Assembly: GCA_963784705.1 (NCBI GenBank)
Contig: CAWASC010000010.1
Span: 290,434-354,433 of the forward strand
DNA from: an uncultured Actinomycetota bacterium
Lineage (GTDB): Bacteria > Actinomycetota > Actinomycetes > Mycobacteriales > SCTD01
Reading direction: 5' to 3'
Length of the DNA stretch: 64,000 nucleotides
Shown: piece after piece, positions 26,742 to 35,207 of the stretch
Layout: every line of letters begins with the position of its first letter
How positions within the stretch are numbered: position 1 is the stretch's first letter
Notes under the pieces: generated by a model
Database searches by the model: none
What the model was told of the DNA's origin: nothing
What the model saw: only the letters and a program-made list of their open reading frames with translations
Translations under genes and position numbers: made by a program

Positions 26742-27497
26742 GTGACGGTCCCCAGCGAGAGCGCTGAACTGGTCACGTTGACGGGTGTGAGCAAGCACTT
26801 CGGTGCCGTCCAGGTGCTGCACGACATCACCTTGAGCATCGGCCAGGGCGAGGTCGTCGTCGTGATCGGACCGTCCGGCTCGGGCAAGTCGACGCTGATC
26901 CGGACGATCAACCGGCTCGAGACGATCGATGCCGGAACGATCACGCTCGACGGCGTGCCGCTCCCGCAGGAGGGGCGCGACCTGGCTCGCCTGCGCGCCG
27001 ACATCGGCATGGTCTTCCAGTCGTTCAACCTGTTCGCGCACAAGAGCGTGCTGGACAACATCGTCCTGGGCCCGATGAAGGTGCGGGGCCTGAGCCGCCC
27101 GGAGGCCGAGGAACGCGCCCGGTCCCTGCTCGACCGGGTGGGGCTGTCCGACAAGGCCGATGCGCTGCCCGCCCAGCTGTCCGGAGGGCAGCAGCAGCGG
27201 GTCGCGATCGCCAGGGCGCTGGCCATGCAGCCCAAGGTGATGCTGTTCGACGAACCCACCTCGGCGCTCGACCCCGAGTTCATCAGCGAGGTGCTGGACG
27301 TCATGCGTGACCTCGCGAGCGAGGGCATGACCATGGTCGTCGTCACCCACGAGATGGGCTTCGCGCGGTCGGCTGCCGATCGCGTCGTGTTCCTCGACGG
27401 GGGACGGATCCTCGACGACACCGACCCCGCCTCGTTCTTCGACGGCACCAGCAGCGATCGGGCACGCGACTTCCTGAGCAAGATCCTGACCCACTGA
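26742..27497 (+). CDS. gluA: polar amino acid (glutamate-type) ABC transporter ATP-binding protein
   Basis: Walker A is GPSGSGKST, the signature is LSGGQQQRV and Walker B is [11 protein letters not shown]. It is the first gene of an ATPase / binding protein / two-permease operon laid out like C. glutamicum gluABCD. GTG at 26742 lies within ORF 26640..27497. Confidence 0.85.
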   Translation: MTVPSESAELVTLTGVSKHFGAVQVLHDITLSIGQGEVVVVIGPSGSGKSTLIRTINRLETIDAGTITLDGVPLPQEGRDLARLRADIGMVFQSFNLFAHKSVLDNIVLGPMKVRGLSRPEAEERARSLLDRVGLSDKADALPAQLSGGQQQRVAIARALAMQPKVMLFDEPTSALDPEFISEVLDVMRDLASEGMTMVVVTHEMGFARSAADRVVFLDGGRILDDTDPASFFDGTSSDRARDFLSKILTH

Positions 27498-27518
27498 GGT
27501 CCAACAGAGAGGCCAGTC

Positions 27519-28391
27519 ATGCTCCACACCAAGGTGATCACGACGCTGGTAGCGACGGCGTTGGCACTGTCCCTCGCTTCCTGCGGCGGTGACGACAAGA
27601 AGGCGGACAGCGGCACGTCGAAGGACTTCCCGGCCGGGTCGACCATGGCCAGGCTGAACGCTGCCGGCGCCATGAAGGTGGGCACGAAGTTCGACCAGCC
27701 CGGCTTCGGGCTCAAGGGGCTGGAGGCCACCCCCGCCGGGTTCGACGTCGAGATCGCCAAGATCATCGCCGACGAGCTCGGCATCTCCGCGAGCGGCATC
27801 TCCTACACCGAGTCACCCTCGAGCCTGCGCGAGACGCTGCTCATCGACGGCACGGTGGACGTGGTGGTCGCGACGTACACGATCAACGACGCGCGCAAGG
27901 AGCGCATCGGCTTCGCCGGCCCGTACTACGAGGCCGGGCAGGACCTGATGGTGGCCAAGAACGACACGAAGGTCACCGGACCGGAGAGCCTGAAGCCCAA
28001 CGGGTCTCGCGTCTGCTCGGTCACGGGCTCGACGCCCGCCGAGACGATCCTGAAGTACGTCGACAAGAGCAAGCTCACGCTGTTCGACGTGTACTCCAAG
28101 TGCGCTGACGCGCTGAAGAACGGCCAGGTCGACGTGGTGACCACGGACAACGTCATCCTGCTCGGCTTCGTGGCGAAGGCTCCGGACGCCTTCAAGATCG
28201 TCGAGAAGCCCTTCACCAAGGAGCCCTACGGCATCGGCTACAAGAAGGGCGACACGGCGTTCTGCGAGTTCATCAACGCGACGCTGACCAAGGCCTCGGC
28301 CGACGGTCGCTACGCCGCCGCCTGGACCAAGACCGCGGGCAAGTTCGCCCCCGTCGTCCCGACCCTCCCCACGCTGGCACCCTGCGCCTAG
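27519..28391 (+). CDS. gluB: amino acid ABC transporter substrate-binding lipoprotein
   Basis: 290 aa. The lipobox is ALSLASCGG, and the rest looks like a family-3 solute-binding protein ([15 protein letters not shown]..). Confidence 0.85.
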   Translation: MLHTKVITTLVATALALSLASCGGDDKKADSGTSKDFPAGSTMARLNAAGAMKVGTKFDQPGFGLKGLEATPAGFDVEIAKIIADELGISASGISYTESPSSLRETLLIDGTVDVVVATYTINDARKERIGFAGPYYEAGQDLMVAKNDTKVTGPESLKPNGSRVCSVTGSTPAETILKYVDKSKLTLFDVYSKCADALKNGQVDVVTTDNVILLGFVAKAPDAFKIVEKPFTKEPYGIGYKKGDTAFCEFINATLTKASADGRYAAAWTKTAGKFAPVVPTLPTLAPCA

Positions 28392-28463
28392 CTCGTACGC
28401 CGGACCTGGGCTGTCCCGGGTCCGGCGCACGGTCGGCACCACTGTGACCGTCGGAGGTCCACG

Positions 28464-29114
28464 ATCGACGTCCTGATCGACAACCGCGGGCTCTACTGGG
28501 ACGGGTTCCTGGTCTCCCTGCGGATCTGCGCGTACGCCATGGTCGGTTCCGTGGCACTGGGCACCGTCGTGGCCGGGTTCCGGGTTTCGCCGGTGCCACC
28601 CCTACGGTGGTTCGGCACGTCGTGGGTCACGCTGCTGCGCAACTGCCCCCTGACGATCGTGCTGTTCTTCTTCGCCTTCGGGCTCCCGGAGATCGGGATC
28701 AACGCGAGCTTCTTCGCCTTCGCGGTCACCGGGCTCATCTGCTACACCTCCGCCTTCGTCTGCGAGGCCGTGCGTTCGGGCATCAACGCCGTGCCCACCG
28801 GGCAGGCGGAAGCCTCGCGGGCCCTCGGCCTGACCTTCACCCAGGGGATGCGCCTGGTGATCCTGCCGCAGGCCCTGCGCACGGTCGTTCCCCCGCTCGG
28901 CAGCGTCATCATCGCGATGTTCAAGAACAGCGCGATCGTGGGAGCGGTCGGCGTCGGTGGCGACCTGTACTCCGTCGGGGCCCGACTCGGTTCCGCGCAG
29001 GGGCTGGCTCTGCTGCCCGTGCTCATCGGGGTGTGCCTGGGCTATCTCGCGATCACCCTGCCGGCGGCGGGGGCGCTGGCCGTCGTCGAGAAGCGCACGG
29101 CGATCGCCCGATGA
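28464..29114 (+). CDS. gluC: amino acid ABC transporter permease (start assigned to a non-canonical ATC; see findings)
   Basis: The permease EAA-type motif is AVRSGINAVPTGQAEASRALGL. The conserved N-terminal helix (IDVLIDNRGLYWDGFLVSLRICAYA) lies upstream of the first ATG (28539). GGAGG lies 6 nt before the in-frame ATC at 28464. Confidence 0.7.
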   Translation: MDVLIDNRGLYWDGFLVSLRICAYAMVGSVALGTVVAGFRVSPVPPLRWFGTSWVTLLRNCPLTIVLFFFAFGLPEIGINASFFAFAVTGLICYTSAFVCEAVRSGINAVPTGQAEASRALGLTFTQGMRLVILPQALRTVVPPLGSVIIAMFKNSAIVGAVGVGGDLYSVGARLGSAQGLALLPVLIGVCLGYLAITLPAAGALAVVEKRTAIAR

Positions 29115-29962
29115 GCAGCGTCCTGTACGACGAGCCGGGGCCCAAGGCCCTTCGCCGCATCTGGGTCGCCAGCGGCCTCGCCGCGCTGGCGCTGCTGGGC
29201 GCCGGGTACGTCGTCCTGCGGCGGCTCGCCGACAATGACCAGTTCGCACCGGAGCGCTGGTCGTCGCTGCTCAGCCCGGGCGACGACAGGTTCGTCCGGG
29301 TCTGGCAGATCCTCGGGGTGGGGATCCGCCACACCCTGATGGCGGCCCTGATGGCCATCACGCTGTCCCTCATCGTGGGGACGGCTCTGGCGGTGGCTCG
29401 GCTGTCCCTGGGTCGGCTGGCCCGGATCCCGCTCGTCGCCCTGATCGAGCTCTTCCGCGGCATCCCCGTCGTGATCATGATCTTCTTCGTCTGGCGCATC
29501 CTGCCGCGGCAGGGCATCGAGCTCGGCCTGCTGTACTACCTCGTCATCGGCCTGACCCTCTACAACTCCGTGATCATCGCGGAGATCGTGCGCGCCGGCG
29601 TGGGTTCGCTGCCGAAGGGTCAGACGGAGGCCGCCCTCGCGCTGGGCCTGACCCGGCTCCAGACGCTGCGACTGGTGCTGCTGCCTCAGGCGTTCCGTGT
29701 CATGCTCCCGGCGCTGATCTCACAGCTCGTGGTCATCCTGAAGGACACGTCGCTCGGCTTCGTGATCCTCTACCCCGAGACGCTGCGCACCGCGAACATC
29801 CTGGTCCAGACCCTCGAGAACCCGATCCAGATGTACGTCGTCATCGGTGGCCTGTTCATCCTCACCAACTACGGGCTGAGCCGACTCGCCCGCTGGGTCG
29901 AGCAGCGGCTGTCCAGTCCGACGGGACCTGCCCCCGCCGTCACCGTGGCCGCCGGCGACTGA
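29111..29962 (+). CDS. gluD: amino acid ABC transporter permease
   Basis: 283 aa from ATG 29111 (ATGA overlap with gluC), within track ORF 28607..29962. The motif is IVRAGVGSLPKGQTEAALALGL. Confidence 0.85.
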   Translation: MSSVLYDEPGPKALRRIWVASGLAALALLGAGYVVLRRLADNDQFAPERWSSLLSPGDDRFVRVWQILGVGIRHTLMAALMAITLSLIVGTALAVARLSLGRLARIPLVALIELFRGIPVVIMIFFVWRILPRQGIELGLLYYLVIGLTLYNSVIIAEIVRAGVGSLPKGQTEAALALGLTRLQTLRLVLLPQAFRVMLPALISQLVVILKDTSLGFVILYPETLRTANILVQTLENPIQMYVVIGGLFILTNYGLSRLARWVEQRLSSPTGPAPAVTVAAGD

Positions 29963-30078
29963 ACCACGCGCCGTCGTCGGCGCTGATCATCGGAACCGCC
30001 GTACACGCCTGCGCGCTCTCGGTTGTGGTCGCCCGCTCCGATGATCATGACCGGGGGGGCTACGGCGGTGGGTACGGC

Positions 30079-30114
30079 GAAGGCCCGCCACCCACGAGCG
30101 GGCGACGGGCCTTC
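30079..30114 (-). terminator. stem-loop downstream of glnA (candidate intrinsic terminator, no U-tract)
   Basis: GAAGGCCCG-N18-CGGGCCTTC forms a 9-bp perfect stem. An inner alternative is GCCCGC/GCGGGC. It lies 37 nt beyond the glnA stop, in the convergent gluD/glnA gap. Confidence 0.4.
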
Positions 30115-30150
30115 GGCGTACCAGCGGGCGAGCTGCCCACGGGCGACCGA

Positions 30151-31575
30151 CTAGATGTCGTAGTAGAGCGCGAACTCGTAGGGGTGCGGGCGCAGGCGCA
30201 GGGCGTCGATCTCGACGGTGCGCTTGTACTCGATCCACGTCTCGATGAGGTCCTCGGTGAACACGCCGCCCTCGAGCAGGTAGTCGTGGTCGGCCTCGAG
30301 CGCGTCGAGCACCTCGGACAGCGACCCCGGGACCTGCGCGACGTTGGCGAGCTCGTCCGGCGGCAGCTCGTAGAGGTCCTTGTCCACCGGCACCGGCGGC
30401 TCGATCTTGTTCTTGATGCCGTCGAGGCCGGCCATGAGCATCGCGGAGAACGCGAGGTAGGGGTTCGACGACGGGTCGGGGCAGCGGAACTCCAGGCGCT
30501 TGGCCTTCGGGTTGGAGCCGGTGATCGGGATGCGGATGCACGCCGAGCGGTTGCGCTGGCTGTAGACCAGGTTGACCGGCGCCTCGAAGCCGGGCACCAG
30601 GCGGTGGTAGGAGTTCACCGTCGGGTTGGTGAAGGCGAGCAGCGACGGGGCGTGCTTGAGCAGGCCACCGATGTAGTAGCGCGCGGTGTCCGACAGCCCG
30701 GCGTACCCGACCTCGTCGTAGAACAGCGGGGAGCCGTCCTGCCACAGGGACATGTGGCAGTGCATGCCCGAGCCGTTGTCGCCCTGGACCGGCTTCGGCA
30801 TGAACGTGACCGTCTTGCCGGCGGCGTGGGCGGTGTTCTTGATGATGTACTTGAACAGCATCATGTTGTCGGCGCTCTCGAGCAGCGCGCCGAACTTGTA
30901 GTTGATCTCGGCCTGACCGGCGGAGCCGACCTCGTGGTGGCCGCGCTCGACGATCATGCCGGCCGCCTCGAGCTTGACCGCCATCTCGTCGCGCAGGTCG
31001 GCGTAGTGGTCGGTCGGGGAGACGGGGAAGTAGCCGCCCTTGGTGCGGGGCTTGTAGCCGAGGTTGCCGCCGACCTCGTCCTTGCCGGTGTTCCACGCCG
31101 CAGCCTTGGCGTCGATCTTGTAGAAGGCGGTGTCCGGTCGGTCCTCGTACTGGACCGAGTCGAAGATGTAGAACTCCGCCTCGGCACCGAAGAACGCCGT
31201 GTCGGCGATGCCGGTGGTCTTGAGGTAGGCCTCAGCCTTCTTCGCGATGTTGCGCGGGTCGCGGCTGTAGGCCTCGCCGGTCAGCGGGTCGTGGATGAAG
31301 AAGTTGACGATCAGGGTCTTGCGCACGCGGAACGGGTCGAGACGCGCGGTGGTCGGGTCCGGGAGCAGGAGCATGTCCGACTCGTGGATCTCCTGGAAGC
31401 CGCGGATCGACGACCCGTCGAAGCCGAGACCGTCGGTGAAGACGTCCTCGGTGAAGGACCCGGCGGGCACGGTGAAGTGCTGCATCACACCGGGCAGGTC
31501 GCAGAAGCGGACGTCGACCATCTCGACGTCTTCCTTCTTGATGTAGCTCAGAACCTCATCGGCGGTCTTGAACAA
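30151..31575 (-). CDS. glnA: glutamine synthetase type I
   Basis: 474 aa, collinear with mycobacterial GlnA1 as remembered: [40 protein letters not shown], and the adenylylation loop KDLYELPP. The start is TTG at 31575, preceded by GGAGAGGA. Confidence 0.95.
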   Translation of the reverse strand: MFKTADEVLSYIKKEDVEMVDVRFCDLPGVMQHFTVPAGSFTEDVFTDGLGFDGSSIRGFQEIHESDMLLLPDPTTARLDPFRVRKTLIVNFFIHDPLTGEAYSRDPRNIAKKAEAYLKTTGIADTAFFGAEAEFYIFDSVQYEDRPDTAFYKIDAKAAAWNTGKDEVGGNLGYKPRTKGGYFPVSPTDHYADLRDEMAVKLEAAGMIVERGHHEVGSAGQAEINYKFGALLESADNMMLFKYIIKNTAHAAGKTVTFMPKPVQGDNGSGMHCHMSLWQDGSPLFYDEVGYAGLSDTARYYIGGLLKHAPSLLAFTNPTVNSYHRLVPGFEAPVNLVYSQRNRSACIRIPITGSNPKAKRLEFRCPDPSSNPYLAFSAMLMAGLDGIKNKIEPPVPVDKDLYELPPDELANVAQVPGSLSEVLDALEADHDYLLEGGVFTEDLIETWIEYKRTVEIDALRLRPHPYEFALYYDI

Positions 31576-31630
31576 CGGGAGTCCTCTCCGGAGCGGGCTG
31601 CAGGTCGGTCGCGTGCGTCCCAGCGAAACT

Positions 31631-31679
31631 AGTGCGCCGGTGTGACCCGGCTATGTCCCGTCTGTTTCGCGGGCGTTAC
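31631..31679 (-). promoter_or_regulatory. candidate GlnR operator upstream of glnA
   Basis: The minus strand reads GTAAC-N6-GAAAC-N6-GACAT-N6-GTCAC-N6-GCACT, pentamers at an 11-bp period. The first pair matches the published actinomycete GlnR box gTnAc-N6-GaAAc exactly. It lies 56-104 nt upstream of the glnA start. Confidence 0.4.
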
Positions 31680-31761
31680 GGATGGGGCCGGCGGCGTCGA
31701 GCGCGCCGACCGACGCAGCAGCGCGCCTCGTCGAGCACCGCAGCGCGACCGACGTTAGCCT

Positions 31762-32247
31762 GTGATCATGCCGCGCTGGACAGGGACCTGGCTGCAGGGC
31801 CCCGAGGTGACCCTGGGCGAGCTGCGCAACCCCGAGGGCTGGCAGGGTCAGCGCCTCGGCCTGCCGCGGGAGGGTCGCGGCGCGATGGCGACCTTCAGCG
31901 GGCGCCTTGCCGGCTTCGTGCTCGACATCGTCGCGAGCGGGCTGGTCGCGGGTCTGCTGGTGGCGTTCGTCCACCAGCCCACGCCCGTGCAGCGCCAGGG
32001 CGCCGCCCTGGTCGTCCTCGCGCTCGAGCACGTGCTGCTCGTGGCGCTGACCGGCCAGACGCTCGGGATGCGGATCATGGGGCTGACCGTCGTACGCCTC
32101 GCCAAGCCGGAGCGGGTGCCGGGTCTGGTCCCCTCCGCGGTCCGCGCCCTCGTCCTGCTGATGACCTTCGGGCTCGCCGGCTTCTTCACCCGCGACGGGC
32201 GTGGTCTGCACGACCTCGCCGCCGGTTGCGCCGTGGTGCGCGCCTAG
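31762..32247 (+). CDS. RDD family membrane protein
   Basis: 161 aa. The pattern is R..A..LD, then TM helices, then ..RDGRGLHDLAAGCAVV, as in the RDD family. It is divergent from glnA. Confidence 0.7.
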   Translation: MIMPRWTGTWLQGPEVTLGELRNPEGWQGQRLGLPREGRGAMATFSGRLAGFVLDIVASGLVAGLLVAFVHQPTPVQRQGAALVVLALEHVLLVALTGQTLGMRIMGLTVVRLAKPERVPGLVPSAVRALVLLMTFGLAGFFTRDGRGLHDLAAGCAVVRA

Positions 32248-32972
32248 CGCACCTTGCCGCGCGGCACCCGGGTGGGCATCGGCCCCTTGGGGATCGGCAG
32301 GGCGCCGCCGGCCGCACCGAGCGCCTTCAGGCGCGCTTCGAGCTCGTTCACGCGCGCCGGCTTGATGTTGCGCGGCAGCTTGGCGAGGTGCTTCTCGAGC
32401 TCCTTCAGGGCCAGCTGGCCCTCGCCGTCGCCGATGGTGACGTCGTAGATGGGCGTGTCGCCGACCAGCCGGGCCAGGCGTCGCTTCTCGTTCCCGACCA
32501 GGTGTCGGACGCGGTTGGGGTTGCCCTCACCCACGAGGATGACGCCGGGGCGTCCGATGACGCGGTGGAGCAGGTCCTGCTCCTTGCTGAAGCCGACGGC
32601 AGGCGTCACGCGCCAGTTGCCCCGCACGTTGCTGAGCACAGCGGCTGCGGCACCGAGCTGTCCTTCGACCTGTCCGTACGCCGTCCGCTGAACGCGCCGG
32701 CCGAACACCGCGACCGCGCCCAGGAAGGCGAAGACGAGGCCGAACAGGGTGAGGTAGATCGGGTGTCCGATCAGCAGACCCAGCAGCACGAAGACCGCCA
32801 GCACGATGAGGAACACGCCGAGGACCAGCGGCAGCATCTTGCTGTCGGCCTTGCGGGTCATCGAGAAGGCAGCGCCGATCTGCTTCAAGCGCTCGCGCCG
32901 CGAGGGTCCCGCCTTGACGGCCTTGCCCTTCGCGCCCGCTCTGGCCTTCTTCTTGCCGCGTCCCAGTGCCAT
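32244..32972 (-). CDS. DUF4191-like membrane protein
   Basis: 242 aa from ATG 32972, within track ORF 32244..33362. A basic N-terminus (MALGRGKKKARAGAKGK) is followed by two TM helices and a conserved-looking soluble C-terminus. Confidence 0.7.
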   Translation of the reverse strand: MALGRGKKKARAGAKGKAVKAGPSRRERLKQIGAAFSMTRKADSKMLPLVLGVFLIVLAVFVLLGLLIGHPIYLTLFGLVFAFLGAVAVFGRRVQRTAYGQVEGQLGAAAAVLSNVRGNWRVTPAVGFSKEQDLLHRVIGRPGVILVGEGNPNRVRHLVGNEKRRLARLVGDTPIYDVTIGDGEGQLALKELEKHLAKLPRNIKPARVNELEARLKALGAAGGALPIPKGPMPTRVPRGKVR

Positions 32973-32982
32973 GCGCAGCAGG

Positions 32983-33765
32983 TTAGTCGCCGGGGGAGTC
33001 GGTGCGCTGGGCGTGCCGGGCGGCGCGGTCGGCACGGACGACCGCGTCGTCGGCCTCCGCCTGCTCGAGCGTCGGAGCCGTCCCGCCGAGGGAGACCGGC
33101 AGCCACCAGCGGTCGTCGTCACCGCTCGGCGCTCCCCGGTACGTCGTCCGCGCCTGGTCGAGCAGGACCTGCATCCGCGCCTTGAGCTCGGTGGTCGCGA
33201 CAGCAGCGTCGGAGTCGGGGGTGAACGGCTCCCCGACGGCGATGCGGATCGACGTACCCCGTGCGAACTGCCGCTTGCGGCCCTTGGTCCAGACCCGCTG
33301 GCTGCCCCACACGATGACGGGGAGGAGGGGTACGCCGGCCTCGTGGGCCATCCGGGCCGCACCGGTCTTGAACTCCTTGAGCTCGAAGCTCTGCGAGATC
33401 GTCGCCTCGGGGAAGACGCCGACCAGCTCGCCGGAGCGCAGCGCGTCGACCGCGAGCCGGTAGCTCTCAGCGCCGGCCATGCGGTCGACGGGGATGTGCT
33501 TCATGCCGCGCATCAGCGGCCCGCTGACCTTGTGGTCGAAGACCTCTTTCTTCGCCATGAAGCGCACCAGGCGCTTGCGCGGCCGGAACGCGAAGCCCGC
33601 CAGGGCGAAGTCGAGGTAGCCGGTGTGGTTGATCGCCACGACGCCGCCGCCGGCAGCCGGGACGTGCTCGGCGCCGGTGATGTCGAACTTCAGCCCGAGG
33701 CCGGCGAAGGCAAGGCGGGCGAACCCGATGACGGGGCGGTACACGGGCTCGGCCATGGCGATCAC
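32983..33765 (-). CDS. 1-acyl-sn-glycerol-3-phosphate acyltransferase-family protein
   Basis: 260 aa with the HX4D motif (VAINHTGYLDF) and VGVFPEATIS (the FPEGT-like block). Confidence 0.8.
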   Translation of the reverse strand: MIAMAEPVYRPVIGFARLAFAGLGLKFDITGAEHVPAAGGGVVAINHTGYLDFALAGFAFRPRKRLVRFMAKKEVFDHKVSGPLMRGMKHIPVDRMAGAESYRLAVDALRSGELVGVFPEATISQSFELKEFKTGAARMAHEAGVPLLPVIVWGSQRVWTKGRKRQFARGTSIRIAVGEPFTPDSDAAVATTELKARMQVLLDQARTTYRGAPSGDDDRWWLPVSLGGTAPTLEQAEADDAVVRADRAARHAQRTDSPGD

Positions 33766-33794
33766 CGTAGCCCTCGCCAGGGGCGAGGCGGCAG

Positions 33795-34034
33795 TCAGTG
33801 CGCGCGCGCCGCCTCGCGCTGCGCTGTGGCCACCTCACGTGCGGCCGCACGGGCGGCTGCGGCCAGGCCCATGACCTCCTCGGCCTCGCGGCGGGACCGG
33901 GCCCGCGCCGCGTCGGACGACATGGAGGCCCAGGCGTTGCGTCGCGCCGAGCGCTGGCCGCCATGGGGGAGGAGAGCCAACGCGAGCGACTGGAGGGTGT
34001 CAGCAGCGTGCGTGAGGGGAGCGGGTGCGTTCAT
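33795..34034 (-). CDS. small hypothetical helical protein (79 aa)
   Basis: ATG at 34034 is preceded by CCGGAGG-N5. The composition is Ala/Arg-rich and helical, with no family recognised. Confidence 0.4.
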   Translation of the reverse strand: MNAPAPLTHAADTLQSLALALLPHGGQRSARRNAWASMSSDAARARSRREAEEVMGLAAAARAAAREVATAQREAARAH

Positions 34035-34124
34035 CGGAACCTCCGGGGTCACTCCTGAGGGTCCGGGGACTGTGTAACGGCTGCGTGACCCGAGGGTGAA
34101 ACGTGGGAGTCCATCACCGCACGG

Positions 34125-35207
34125 TCAGGCGCCGTGCTCGGGCAGGACCTGGTCGAGGAACGTGTCGAGCAGGTCGGGCTCGAACTGGCTCCCCCTGCCG
34201 CCGCGCATGGTCGCGACGATGCGGTCCTGGTCCCAGGCCGCCTTGTACGGCCGGTCGCTGGCCAGGGCGTCGTAGACGTCGGCGATGCTCACGATGCGCG
34301 ACTCGAGGGGGATCTCGACGCCGGCGAGGCCATGGGGGTAGCCGGAGCCGTCCCAGCGCTCGTGGTGGGTGAGAGCGATGAGCCCGCCTGCCCGCAGGAT
34401 CTCCACCGTCGACCCGCGCAGCATGGCGGCGCCGGTCTCCGCGTGCTCCTGCATCACGGCGCGCTCGGCCAGGGTGAGCGGGCCGGGCTTGAGCAGGATG
34501 CTGTCCGGGACGGCGACCTTGCCGAGGTCGTGCAACAGGCTCGCGACCCGCACCCGCTCCACCTGCTCCGGGGACAGCCCCGCCGCGGTGGCGAGGGCGG
34601 CGCTCAGGCCGCTCATGGAGGCAAGGTGCTGGCCGGTGTAGGGGTCGCGCCACTCCGCCACGGTCGCGAGCCGCAGCACCGTCTCCTCGTGCAGGGCCTG
34701 CACCGTCTGCTCCGACAGGTCGAGCCGCCGGATGGCCTCGGCGAGCGCGGCCGAGCGCTCCTCGACCTGCGCCGCCAGCGCACGCGCCTGGTCTGCGACG
34801 GCCAGGTCACGGGCCCGTCGTGACAGCGCCGTCGCGACGTTGATGAGGATCTCGCCCTCCTCGAAGGGCTTGAGGATGTAGCCCAGCGCGCCGAGCGCGA
34901 CTGCCGGCGCCGCCGCGTCCACGTCCGCGACAGCGGTCACCATGAGCACGCCCACTGTCGGGTGCTCGCGCGCGACAGTGCGCAGCAGCTCGAAGCCGCT
35001 CTCTCCCGGCATGCTCACGTCGCACAGGACGAGGTCTATCTGCTCGCCGCGCAGCGCTGCGCGGCCGCTGGGCACGTCATGGGCCTCGGCGCACTGGTAG
35101 CCCGCCGAGCCGAGGATCCGGACCAGCCCCCGTCGAAGGGCGGGCTCGTCGTCCACCACGAGCACCGTCGCGGTGGTGCTCGAGCTGCGCGTCTGCGTGA
35201 CGATCAC
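34125..35207 (-). CDS. response regulator with HD-GYP output domain (putative c-di-GMP phosphodiesterase)
   Basis: The receiver reads VLVVDDEP..DLVLCDVSMPG..ILKP. The HD-GYP domain reads LLHDLGKVAVP and HHERWDGSGYP. GTGA overlap with the kinase gene. Confidence 0.85.
   Translation of the reverse strand: MIVTQTRSSSTTATVLVVDDEPALRRGLVRILGSAGYQCAEAHDVPSGRAALRGEQIDLVLCDVSMPGESGFELLRTVAREHPTVGVLMVTAVADVDAAAPAVALGALGYILKPFEEGEILINVATALSRRARDLAVADQARALAAQVEERSAALAEAIRRLDLSEQTVQALHEETVLRLATVAEWRDPYTGQHLASMSGLSAALATAAGLSPEQVERVRVASLLHDLGKVAVPDSILLKPGPLTLAERAVMQEHAETGAAMLRGSTVEILRAGGLIALTHHERWDGSGYPHGLAGVEIPLESRIVSIADVYDALASDRPYKAAWDQDRIVATMRGGRGSQFEPDLLDTFLDQVLPEHGA

Noticed and set aside
25539-27527. 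Upstream ~660 codons of the 793-aa minus-strand ORF.
   Set aside because: It is antisense to the LLM oxidoreductase and the gluA ATPase. Only the last 130 codons (25146..25538) look like a real protein.
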